Shown here piece after piece: positions 10,801-19,412 of a stretch of 64,000 nt of DNA (position 1 is the first letter of the stretch; every line of letters starts with the position of its first letter). The stretch lies in the IMG/VR virus record IMGVR_UViG_3300012983_000038, positions 33,240 to 97,239 of that record, one strand, 5' to 3'. Origin of the DNA: a virus (lineage: Duplodnaviria > Caudoviricetes). The notes beneath the pieces are model-generated. The model was given only the letters and a program-made list of their open reading frames with translations, was not told where the DNA came from and searched no databases. Made by a program: the position numbers and the translations under genes.

Positions 10801-13800
10801 ATGTATCTCTATCTATGTCAATTGTAGGAGAAATAGATGAAATAGAGGTTCCGTACAATTCCGTTATTGAGCCAGAGGAGTATTATTTGGCAGATTGGGG
10901 AGCGGGTACAGGTGATATTGACTTATACAAAGACTTAACATTAGATGAATTATTAGAAATTGTCGATAGTGGTGAATATTTAGTTGGACATGAAGTAACT
11001 AGAAATATAGATGGGTATTTTGATGGAGAAGGTGTAGAAGGGTATTCAAATAAAGTACCTAGAAAGCTGCCTAATGGAATTAACTTAGATGATTTAGAAG
11101 TCTTTAATATTGACACTACCGTATATAAGAGAGCAAGTAATATGCAACCTTTGTACGATAAGGATAAGTGTGGAAAGTGTGGATATGGTACTTCAGAGAT
11201 ATTAATTGCAGGAGGATTAGGTGTAGGAGTAAGTCATCCAAAACAACCTAGAGATGCTTATAACTGGGTATATTGTCCTGAACATTCTTATGGAGATAAT
11301 AAGCCGGGTAAGTTTTTGGAAGATTTTGGCTGGATTTACTTAGGAGAAGGTCTTGCAGGAGAGAAGTCATTAGAATTAGAGCCTGGAGATTTATGTCACT
11401 GTAAGCCTGCAAATAGTCACTCTTACGGTCATATTTGTATATATCTACCTGATCGTACTGGAACGGAAGGAAAGTCGTGGGTATCTGATTTTAAGCAAGC
11501 CAATTCAGTTGTATACTCTGATGTAATAGAGGAGATAATTAATGGAACACTGGACAAGAATACTGTTACATATTGGAGATGGCCGAAGAGAGTTATCGAT
11601 GGTGAAAAGAGATTTATGAGCTTTGATATAGTAGAGACAGAAGTTATTCCAGCTGAGTTAAGTAGTAAAGATAGTTCGGCATCAGGTAAGTTTATTGATC
11701 CATTAGAGCCAGAAGGATTTACATCTCTCATGTCCCTCAATAATTATAAGCCATTTGATGATAGTGTTAGAATATTGGATGTAGATAAGATAAATGAGTT
11801 TGTATCTACTAAGAGCGAGAATGACCTAGTTAACGAAAAAGCTGCACGTGCTGTAAGTGAGATGTTAACTTTAGGTGGATTAGTAGAAGGAGAAGACTTT
11901 ATTTATACATTATCTAGGGAATGGAGTGACAAGTTATCTAATACAAGTTGGTATAAGATAGGTTGTGGTTATCCTCCAGCAGATATACAGGCAGGAGATT
12001 TAATGTGTGTAAAAGCTATTCATTTTGGTCAAGCTGTAGAAGATTTAGGATATGTTGCTTATTTTAATGGAATAAGTTGGATATCAGAGAATGTTCAAGA
12101 AGGATGGTTAAGAGCTGCTGATGTTTGGACAGAATTAAGTGTAGTCAGAGATTGTTATACATATTGGAGATGGCCTAGAAGGATATACGATGGAGAGTTA
12201 ATAGAAGATGCAGTAGGAGGTTCAGATAGTGATATTTGTGACTATATGTTTGAAGAGCTTATTCCAGAGGGTGCAGTATCTCCTTTATTGAAATCAGAAA
12301 ATGAAGAGGATGAAGAGAGTGATGAAACAAAAATAAAGGATGTATCAGAGGTATTTAATGTAGATGCTGCTATTAGTTTCATACAGTCAAATATTGAAGG
12401 AGTAAGTGAGAGTAAAGGAACTGCTTCTAGTACTATGCGTGATATATTGAAAAATGGTACATTAAGTATTAATAAATCATATGAGTTTACGCTAGCTAAG
12501 GAGTGGAGAAATACTTTACCTCAATATGGTTGGTATAATATAGGTAGCAGCTATCCTCCAGTTAACTTATTACAGCCTGGAGATATAATGGTAATAAGTG
12601 GCTTACCTGAATATTCATTTGGACATGTTGCAATTTGGACGGGAGAGTATTGGGCATCTGACTTTAATCAAGGCGATAATTGGAGAGTATTTGAGAATTT
12701 AGGTTATGGAGGTGTAGAAAGATGGTATAAAAGGTGCTATACTTATTGGAGATGGCCTAAGAGAATTTATAATGGTGAATTGATATTAGATGTATCAAAT
12801 CCATCGACTGAACCTAGTATCTTCATAAGAGAAAGTAGTCCTTCAAATACATCTGTTAATTTAAATCCTACTATTGACTATGAATATCCAGTATTACCAT
12901 TGCCTACGATAAAAGAAGTTAGCGAAGAGTTAGATGTTAAAATGGCAAGTGACTTCTCTAAAGCTACTATAAATAACAGTATTGGTCACGGTTATGCTGT
13001 ATCATCTGTCTTTAATGTGTTAGAGGCAGGAGGATTAAGTGATAAAGAAGCACTAATAGATACCTCAAATGGAATTATTATTGCTCGCACTTTATATGAC
13101 TTATTACCAGATATAGGTTGGTATTTGATAGGTAAAGGATATGTTCCGGAAGATATTGAAGAAGGTGATATCATGGTAATTGATGGAATCTCAGGCAGTG
13201 AACTAGGACATGTTGCATACTGGAATGGCACTAATTGGATATCTGACTTTAAGCAAGAAGGATGGATGATATTTAGTGATGTGTATAAGCCAGAGGAAGT
13301 AGAGAGTATAGTTACATATTGGAGATGGCCGAAGAAGAAAATGCCTGACTATGTGGAATTAGAAGACTTACCTATTATTGAAGAAGATAGTCCTAAAACA
13401 AGTGAAATCTGTGATGATAATAGATATATATTCCCACCAGAGGAGTATGACTATCCTATTGTAGAGCATGAAACTGTTGTAGTGGAAGAGATTTTGAATG
13501 TCATCAAGGCCAATAAACAGTCTTATAAGATTCTTGGAGAGAATAGTACAGGACATGCAGTTGAATATGTATTAAATTTCCTAAGAGCTGGTGGACTGTT
13601 GAATATAGGCTTGAGCAATGATGAGTTAAAAGGTGTAACATTCGAGTGTTTGAAGACACACTTGACTCAATATGGATGGTATGAATTTGCAAAAGGATAT
13701 CCACCTACTGATCCTAGTTGTTTGTATCGACTAGAAGAGGGAGATATTATGTTAATCGATCACTCTGCATTAGGACATATTGCATATTGGAATGGTATAA

Positions 13801-15062
13801 CTTGGGTATCTGACTTTAAGCAAGAAGGATGGTTAGTATTTAAAGACATTAATACTGTAAGTGAAATAGACTCTAAGGTTTCATATTGGAGATGGCCTAG
13901 AAGGATATACAATGGAGAGTTAATAGAAGATGATGAGATTCCAATTATGAAGGATGAGACTGTTACTCCGGATAGTGAGATTTGTGACAATGCTGGAGTA
14001 GATATGTTCCCACCTGCTGGTTATGAATATCCTTCATTTGAATACGTTGAAAGAGAAACTACAGAAATACTAAATGTCAATAAATCTAATGAATTCTCCA
14101 ATAATATAGTAAATAATAAAAGTACAGGTAAATCTATTCCTGCTGTATGGAAAATATATGAGGCAGGAGGGTTAACTAAGAATGAGGCATTGATGTATAA
14201 TGATATTGAGAAGGAAATGCCAACAGTCAAATACCTTCTTGATTCATTACCTGAGAATGGATGGTACATGTTTGCTAATGGGTTCCCGCCTGATAATATT
14301 TCAGAAACAGTTCATACATTAGAGCAAGGTGATTTGATGATAATAGATCATAAATTAGGACACATTGCATATTGGAATGGGTTGAATTGGATATCTGACT
14401 TTAAACAAGAAGGATGGATGGTATTTGATGATTTAAAGTCTACTGAAGAAATAAATTCTAAGGTTTCATATTGGAGATGGCCGAAGAAATATTCAGAAGA
14501 TACAGATCCAGATGAGCCAGATGCAGATAGTGATATTTGTACTGTAGATATTTCGCCATTACCTGAAGACGGTTATCAATATCCATCAGTAATACTAAAA
14601 ATTAAAGAGGTAGTACAGCCATTGTTTACTAATCAATCAAATATAGCATCCCTAGAAGTTACTAGTCTAGAGAGTACTGGATTCGCTAGATCTTCGGTAT
14701 TTAATATTCTAAGAGCAGGAGGATTAGGAGGATTATCTGAACGCCAAGGATTAAATTATACTGAAGAAGAGCTGAAGAATATGACTGCTACATATTTGAG
14801 AGGTACTTTGAATCAGAGAGGATGGTATCAGTATGGTTTCGGATATCAACCATTAGATCTGAAAGAAGGAGATATTATGTTAGTAGAAAGAGAATTAGGA
14901 CACATTGCATATTGGAATGGCACTAATTGGGTATCTGATTTTAAGCAAGAGGGATGGTTAGTATTTGAAGAGTATACTACGCAAGATGACATTGAAAAGA
15001 ATGTTACTTATTGGAGATGGCCTTGGAGAATTGATAAAAACGGGACAGAAGAATTAGATTAA
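7803..15062 (+). CDS. Giant tail-associated protein: N-terminal repeats + tube/baseplate-tube-like domain + 7 tandem NlpC/P60 (CHAP-like) peptidoglycan amidase domains
   Basis: 2419 aa; tube-like segment about 10220-10830 (YWEVIL..ELFLTIADDSYKSWKLYFEK..VKIYVMTPQ..DVSLSMSIVGE); seven repeats with AGGL..GW..GD...GH(I/V)A..W(V/I)SDFKQ..YWRWP. Confidence 0.75.
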   Translation: MIRRKILRENRIPGAESLTRPEEISEMSKYLGSLIDSKHSDLELDNRLIKVPGKSTGKIPEISELGSPVEKMLESFTNSDIKELDTKIRVGLDIEDSTFDLERESFRNSSAVKLDIADDREIKLSRHKEEVDIKDINRSKHYEEYINSRRKELLSDKSNNGEPKLVDSSRKLLSNQGAEVKKLDNKIESLNVDRVESLGSRKLEEILSDQSRDSEIKLEDEVKRLKVGERISKLPNKSSKLNIGNDRVNLSDFKDIVPGEISRVSKLEDYRDDIDYSRDISLEDYIEGLGGELEDDKLSYYIDQLKLNTSNSGFDGKTLPDSMLTVPSGEFKEVAGNINSYKDELDTGDREVELGTYISSLDVNSGFSGEELPDYSLTIPNNIDGPVELVDSALLVPGDIEEVGLEDKIVNRPDDKFSTYLKDRLKDCLNDLNSDDEIFKFLMDLIAEGRNGGRNSSWEEKLGSLASSYLNTSKISPARVEEYLKELDKVLNVDVIGGRSGDILFDNRKGGNHFEENYNLPNNSNKGYINVEDAFNKKVLVLLEEEKKKEEKKKEDGPWSLRKAATELTLEILVEKKLIERNKVTGDITLPGNNKYLNSLANTIVGIASGEKEAGKTLNEFAVNTIKDAKEDVKKHIKESVLSGVSKYTGLATKKMMPLNKPLRDSVNKGIMKGANELVKKGEEEFDKFFNTSELEVLVGKSDYEEVVISPKPSNSSNKSGSRAKIDKLDKEVDEENKLKATYTTRNFFEDFWSCPAVQTTLQDLCIKSDSLNRGSSINDLKELLKNSPYITTPSKFGTTGIANRGVQSLDVTSYWEVILTPYVSTDEVVGNGGYSFLPCINEINLHNLKHHGVATNYSSWIPFTSFNLQKARLSSKQIQLYSGEVNFPISMENMNELFLTIADDSYKSWKLYFEKCAEVSIYNSVPHTAEYYESKNMPMYPTAVDKSSVCVSYYKNIAFNVKIYVMTPQYGTIRKFNFLTVLKEFGEEYTGDIDGSAPDVSLSMSIVGEIDEIEVPYNSVIEPEEYYLADWGAGTGDIDLYKDLTLDELLEIVDSGEYLVGHEVTRNIDGYFDGEGVEGYSNKVPRKLPNGINLDDLEVFNIDTTVYKRASNMQPLYDKDKCGKCGYGTSEILIAGGLGVGVSHPKQPRDAYNWVYCPEHSYGDNKPGKFLEDFGWIYLGEGLAGEKSLELEPGDLCHCKPANSHSYGHICIYLPDRTGTEGKSWVSDFKQANSVVYSDVIEEIINGTLDKNTVTYWRWPKRVIDGEKRFMSFDIVETEVIPAELSSKDSSASGKFIDPLEPEGFTSLMSLNNYKPFDDSVRILDVDKINEFVSTKSENDLVNEKAARAVSEMLTLGGLVEGEDFIYTLSREWSDKLSNTSWYKIGCGYPPADIQAGDLMCVKAIHFGQAVEDLGYVAYFNGISWISENVQEGWLRAADVWTELSVVRDCYTYWRWPRRIYDGELIEDAVGGSDSDICDYMFEELIPEGAVSPLLKSENEEDEESDETKIKDVSEVFNVDAAISFIQSNIEGVSESKGTASSTMRDILKNGTLSINKSYEFTLAKEWRNTLPQYGWYNIGSSYPPVNLLQPGDIMVISGLPEYSFGHVAIWTGEYWASDFNQGDNWRVFENLGYGGVERWYKRCYTYWRWPKRIYNGELILDVSNPSTEPSIFIRESSPSNTSVNLNPTIDYEYPVLPLPTIKEVSEELDVKMASDFSKATINNSIGHGYAVSSVFNVLEAGGLSDKEALIDTSNGIIIARTLYDLLPDIGWYLIGKGYVPEDIEEGDIMVIDGISGSELGHVAYWNGTNWISDFKQEGWMIFSDVYKPEEVESIVTYWRWPKKKMPDYVELEDLPIIEEDSPKTSEICDDNRYIFPPEEYDYPIVEHETVVVEEILNVIKANKQSYKILGENSTGHAVEYVLNFLRAGGLLNIGLSNDELKGVTFECLKTHLTQYGWYEFAKGYPPTDPSCLYRLEEGDIMLIDHSALGHIAYWNGITWVSDFKQEGWLVFKDINTVSEIDSKVSYWRWPRRIYNGELIEDDEIPIMKDETVTPDSEICDNAGVDMFPPAGYEYPSFEYVERETTEILNVNKSNEFSNNIVNNKSTGKSIPAVWKIYEAGGLTKNEALMYNDIEKEMPTVKYLLDSLPENGWYMFANGFPPDNISETVHTLEQGDLMIIDHKLGHIAYWNGLNWISDFKQEGWMVFDDLKSTEEINSKVSYWRWPKKYSEDTDPDEPDADSDICTVDISPLPEDGYQYPSVILKIKEVVQPLFTNQSNIASLEVTSLESTGFARSSVFNILRAGGLGGLSERQGLNYTEEELKNMTATYLRGTLNQRGWYQYGFGYQPLDLKEGDIMLVERELGHIAYWNGTNWVSDFKQEGWLVFEEYTTQDDIEKNVTYWRWPWRIDKNGTEELD
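8150..9050 (+). repeat. Degenerate ~16-18 aa tandem repeats (about 15 copies) in the N-terminus of the 2419-aa protein
   Basis: EIKLSRHKEEV, EPKLVDSSRKL, EIKLEDEVKRL, ISKLPNKSSKL, VSKLEDYRDDI, DISLEDYIEGL, EVELGTYISSL, PVELVDSALLV etc. Confidence 0.6.
11095..15030 (+). repeat. Seven tandem ~190-aa NlpC/P60-like amidase repeats
   Basis: YWRWP ends each unit near 11586, 12177, 12760, 13332, 13900, 14485 and 15025; nucleotide identity visible (tggtatctgactttaagcaagaaggatgg, tattggagatggcc). Confidence 0.9.
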
Positions 15063-15081
15063 GTAAAAATATAGGTGATAT

Positions 15082-17589
15082 ATGTATGTAAATTTAGGAA
15101 ATATAGAATTGTACAGGAATAATTCTAGTGGTATAAATGACTGGATGATATTATCTGAAGTAGTAGATTCCGGAATGTCGTATGAAAAGCCGGTATATGT
15201 TAGGACTATTGAGGAGTTAGATTCATGGTTTGGCAAGGAGTTTAGTTCTTATAGTTACTTTAGAGAGTTACTATCATCTAGAGTTACTTTATATTTGTAC
15301 AAGCCTATATCAACTAAAGACTATAAATCAGAGGACTATATTGACTACTCTAATTTCTTTGATTATACGAATATTACTTTATATTCTGAAGACGTAAAGA
15401 TATTAGAGCTGCTGAAAAATGACTCTAGTAATTGTATTATCAGGGTTGTAGACGGCGGTTCTAATTTCTATGCGTTAGATGAAAATAAGAAGTTTTATGG
15501 AATTAGGGAGAATGAGATAGGGGATCGAGTAGTAATAAATGAAGAAAATCCGATACCTAGACATAGACTTCCTGATTTTGAGAAAGTGTTAAGTGAATTA
15601 GGAGGAATATCTAAATACAAGTTGGAAGGTGATTCTGAGATTTACATATGGACAGATATTGAAAACGATGGATTTTACAGTTTTATGGGAGTTAGTAATC
15701 TTCCTCAAAATGTAGAAAAGTTATCAAGTTCATTAAGTAATAGGGATACGTTATTGATTTTTAATAATAGAAGTATAATAAAGGAAGTTCACCCTCAATT
15801 AGACAAGAGTTTAGATTTTACTCGATTTGATGATGTGCCTGAAATAAAACTGAATGAATCATACTTAAAATACGTAGATTCAAGTAAGTTAGAAGAGGGT
15901 ACACAGACATTTGCTATAGACATTTACCATTTATACTCACCTTTTACAGAAATTAATACTGAGTCTGGGTATATAGTAGTTCCATCAGTAAAGAATGTTC
16001 GTGAAGTTAATGGTGAGTTAGTATATGATAATTACTTGTATGTATTTAATGGAGATACTAGTTGGCAGAATTCAGTTAAAGAAGATTATTATATTTCGAA
16101 GATAGATATTAATAATTTTGATCAATTTGTAGATTCATTGAGTGATATTGGGTATTTTATTAGGAGGGAAAAAGATGAAAATGGCCAATCTAAGTTAATA
16201 GCTGTATCAGATGTAGTAATACCTGTGAGAAAGTATTATAATTTAGATAACATTTCTATATATGTTCGACCAAGTAAGGAGATATCTGATAAAATATTAA
16301 GTAATTATTTTATAGGCAATAAGGAGTCAGGGATTAGGTTTTATAGTAAGACCATTGGAGTAGGTTCAGAGGTAGATGAAAGTTCTAAAATAAAAGTAAA
16401 AGTAGAGTATTCAAGTTCAGAGGCCAATAGATGTAGAATAGTTATAACCAGGTACGGATATAGTGAAGTATTTGAAGGGCCGTTAAGTAGTGATAAGTTA
16501 GGAGAGGAGAGGTTAGATTATAAAATATCTAAGGAGTCCAAGCTAGTTTATTGTGAATTTGGTGCAAGTTTAGATACAAAGTTAGATTATAGTGGGGAAT
16601 ATAAGTTAACGGGAGCAAAGAAGGAGCTATATAGTCCTGACATGTATTTGAAGTCTTTAGATTCTATATTTAATGAGTCATCTACGTCAGCTAATATAGA
16701 TTTCTTTTTAGTACCGAATAAGTATAAATATTTCGACATTAATAAGACGAATAAATATATTGGATACTACGAGATTTACGAAACTTTTTTAAAATACGCT
16801 AAAAATAATAAGTGTCAATTTTTAATAGAGAATATTGGACAGCCTGCAGATAAAATAGAGACAGTAGATAGGATTCCGTCAACAGAGGATGGTAAGTCTG
16901 GAGTAGTATATTATGTTCCTAGTTTAGACATGTACTCTACTATATTGAACGGAGTAATGAAAATTTTAATCAATAGGCCTGTAATATCGATAATCAAAAA
17001 TGGAGGGGATTATATATTCAACTATAACAAGGATAAAGAAAATTGGTTAGTATATTTTCATCGATCTATGTTAATTAGTGGAAGAATAAAGAGACCTGGA
17101 TATTATTTATTCTTAAAGAGCATTTTATATAATAAGTTTGGGGAATCGGAGAACAGAATACTTTATACATCTAGCATAAATGATAATGATCCCTACGAGT
17201 ATCAGAAAATAGAGGGACAATTTGAGAAGTACAAGAGCAATTTTCTGACAAATAATAATCACATGTACTATTATAAGAAATACTTTAATGGTTCAGATTA
17301 TACTACTACAATTTGGATGAGATTTGTTATTAGTAAAATTTTCAGAGAGTTAGATAAGAACAAGTGGAGATTACTGTCAACTAATTATGTAGGCAAGACT
17401 AGGGATATATTGTCGTCTATAATGAGTAATATAAAGAATTCATTTTCGATAGTAGATGACATTAATATTACAGAATTTAGTCCTACACAAAATACAAATT
17501 CGTTAAAGATTGGTATTGAGACGAAGGTAAATGACTTAATAGATAATGATATTGAGTTAGATATTACAATTAATTATAACACTTATTAA
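15082..17589 (+). CDS. Second, divergent tail-sheath-like protein
   Basis: 835 aa; N-term KPVYVRTIEELDSWFG..YFRELL..VTLYLYKP and C-term WMRFVISKIFREL...IVDDINI...NSLKIGIETKV resemble sheath terminal domains; directly upstream of the tube gene. Confidence 0.6.
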   Translation: MYVNLGNIELYRNNSSGINDWMILSEVVDSGMSYEKPVYVRTIEELDSWFGKEFSSYSYFRELLSSRVTLYLYKPISTKDYKSEDYIDYSNFFDYTNITLYSEDVKILELLKNDSSNCIIRVVDGGSNFYALDENKKFYGIRENEIGDRVVINEENPIPRHRLPDFEKVLSELGGISKYKLEGDSEIYIWTDIENDGFYSFMGVSNLPQNVEKLSSSLSNRDTLLIFNNRSIIKEVHPQLDKSLDFTRFDDVPEIKLNESYLKYVDSSKLEEGTQTFAIDIYHLYSPFTEINTESGYIVVPSVKNVREVNGELVYDNYLYVFNGDTSWQNSVKEDYYISKIDINNFDQFVDSLSDIGYFIRREKDENGQSKLIAVSDVVIPVRKYYNLDNISIYVRPSKEISDKILSNYFIGNKESGIRFYSKTIGVGSEVDESSKIKVKVEYSSSEANRCRIVITRYGYSEVFEGPLSSDKLGEERLDYKISKESKLVYCEFGASLDTKLDYSGEYKLTGAKKELYSPDMYLKSLDSIFNESSTSANIDFFLVPNKYKYFDINKTNKYIGYYEIYETFLKYAKNNKCQFLIENIGQPADKIETVDRIPSTEDGKSGVVYYVPSLDMYSTILNGVMKILINRPVISIIKNGGDYIFNYNKDKENWLVYFHRSMLISGRIKRPGYYLFLKSILYNKFGESENRILYTSSINDNDPYEYQKIEGQFEKYKSNFLTNNNHMYYYKKYFNGSDYTTTIWMRFVISKIFRELDKNKWRLLSTNYVGKTRDILSSIMSNIKNSFSIVDDINITEFSPTQNTNSLKIGIETKVNDLIDNDIELDITINYNTY

Positions 17590-17606
17590 TAAATTTTTTA
17601 ACAGTT

Positions 17607-18206
17607 ATGGCAAAGAAATCGAACACTGTTACTAGTTTGGTCAGATCTAGTGACATGCATATGAAGTTTGTAGATTACCATGAGTCATATAGAGAGAACA
17701 ATAAAGAGTTTCTAAGAGGTGATTTGTGGCAATTTGACTTTGTAAATCCTCCAAAATTAGCATACTATCCAGGAGATGATATTATTCACAAGCGATTGAA
17801 TACAGTAAATATTGCAACAGATAGTAGTGTTAATGGATTTGAGAAGAGAATGCGAGGTAACTACGTAATTAGACAACAGACGGGACAATCTACTGCAGGA
17901 AGCTTGGCACTCTCATTCATTGACAGGGAAGATCAAGCTATTTCATTCTTTGTAGATGATTGGAAGCAGAAGGTAGCAGATAGAGATACTAAGTACTCAT
18001 TTAGAAAAGAGGATTTAGTATGTGACTGTGAGATGTTTATTCTTAATTCATCTCGTGTTGATGTTAGACACTTAGAGTTTTATAATTGCAGTTTGGTAGA
18101 TGCTCCATTAGACGAGAGTGGTATTGATGCAGATGGTTCAGATAGATCAGATGTACAAGTAAGTATGGCATTTGAACATTACTCTCGTGAATTCTTAAAT
18201 GTATAA
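17607..18206 (+). CDS. Tail tube protein (T4 gp19-like)
   Basis: 199 aa; LWQFDF..GSLALSFIDREDQAISFFVDDWKQ..CEMFILNS..LEFYNC..DVQVSMAFEHY is a tube-fold pattern. Confidence 0.8.
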   Translation: MAKKSNTVTSLVRSSDMHMKFVDYHESYRENNKEFLRGDLWQFDFVNPPKLAYYPGDDIIHKRLNTVNIATDSSVNGFEKRMRGNYVIRQQTGQSTAGSLALSFIDREDQAISFFVDDWKQKVADRDTKYSFRKEDLVCDCEMFILNSSRVDVRHLEFYNCSLVDAPLDESGIDADGSDRSDVQVSMAFEHYSREFLNV

Positions 18207-18216
18207 TAATTAAATA

Positions 18217-18270
18217 AAGGGAGAATTATAAGGAGGGGTAGTATATAAATTACTCTTCCTTTCCTCTCTT
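18217..18270 (+). terminator. Stem-loop / probable terminator after the tube gene
   Basis: AAGGAGGGGTAGT / ATTACTCTTCCTT with a pyrimidine tail. Confidence 0.5.
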
Positions 18271-18310
18271 AAATTAAGTTAAGGAAGTAAAATAATAGAT
18301 AGTTTTTGTT

Positions 18311-19069
18311 ATGGAAATTTTAGTAAGTCAATTACCTAGCGGAGGTTATGGATATGATTTCCCTAGTATTAGTATTAAACCCATGTCATTTTTAGATATG
18401 GTTAAATATATGGAGTCTGTTCCTGAGGGTAAGATAGAGAAGTATATATATGATATTAAATTATTGATAGCTGAGGATAGTAACATCAATAATTGTTATG
18501 TAATGGACTTAGATTTTTTAATTTTCTATAAAAAGTTAATATCTGTATCTAGTGACATGACATATAATCTCACTGTAAACTGTTCTAATTGTGGAAAGTC
18601 TATTAGAAAGAGGATTTCACTAGATAAAGATATACAATTTAATCAGATAGATCCAAACTTAATGAATGGAGCTAGAATTGAGTTGTGTGGAAATGAATAT
18701 GATACAAAAGTTCCTACAGTTAAGGATTTTTTAGAAGTATTAGGCACTGTACAGAGACATAAATCTGTGAATGACTTAGATATTATTAAAACGATGTCTA
18801 TAATAGGTGACTTTTCTACACAAGGTAATGCAATACAGAAAGATGTTTTAAATGCAACACACGAAGATATTACATTACTTATTGCATTAAAAGAATTATA
18901 TTTTGACAGATTAGATCCGATTAAAGTAAGTTGTCCGAGTTGTAATAAAGAAGGTAATACAGAAGAAAGGAGGGTAATGACAGTAAGCGTAAATTCACTT
19001 ATTGTCGATTTCTTTCGAGATATCTGTGACAATTGCCCAATTAATGGATCTAAAATTCTTTTTAAATAA
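18311..19069 (+). CDS. Baseplate hub assembly / tail assembly chaperone (T4 gp26-like)
   Basis: 252 aa; LPSGGYGY..IKPMSF..DLDFLIFYKKLIS..CSNCGK..KVPTVKD..CPSC..DFF; lies between tube and tape measure. Confidence 0.7.
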   Translation: MEILVSQLPSGGYGYDFPSISIKPMSFLDMVKYMESVPEGKIEKYIYDIKLLIAEDSNINNCYVMDLDFLIFYKKLISVSSDMTYNLTVNCSNCGKSIRKRISLDKDIQFNQIDPNLMNGARIELCGNEYDTKVPTVKDFLEVLGTVQRHKSVNDLDIIKTMSIIGDFSTQGNAIQKDVLNATHEDITLLIALKELYFDRLDPIKVSCPSCNKEGNTEERRVMTVSVNSLIVDFFRDICDNCPINGSKILFK

Positions 19070-19412
19070 GTTTTTGAAAGTAGATAATATTGAACATTAT
19101 ACATTTAAGACATTATTAGAGCTCAAGAATTGCTATGAAGATTTTATGGAGAAGTCAGAAGGTAGTGATCCAGATTTCCCTATGTCTAATTTTGGAGGTA
19201 CTAAAGGTGCCAAGGTAGGAGGTATGAACATTCACAGACTCGATGATGAAGAGCGTGAAGAGTTTAAGGAGCGCATAGTTAATAAAGAAACGGGAAAAGT
19301 AAATAGATCTGAAAAACCTGAGGCAAAAGAAGAGTACTATGAAGACAAAAGAAAGAAGATGAGTAGCGAAGAGAGAGCTTTACAATTTCTTAAAAACAAT
19401 AATTTGAGATGA
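19026..19412 (+). CDS. Second tail assembly chaperone (T4 gp51 / GT-like), overlapping the upstream gene in the +1 frame
   Basis: Frame open from 19002; candidate starts GTG 19026 or ATG 19044; LMDLKFFLNKFLKVDNIEHYTF; ATGA overlap with the tape measure gene. Confidence 0.55.
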   Translation: MTIAQLMDLKFFLNKFLKVDNIEHYTFKTLLELKNCYEDFMEKSEGSDPDFPMSNFGGTKGAKVGGMNIHRLDDEEREEFKERIVNKETGKVNRSEKPEAKEEYYEDKRKKMSSEERALQFLKNNNLR

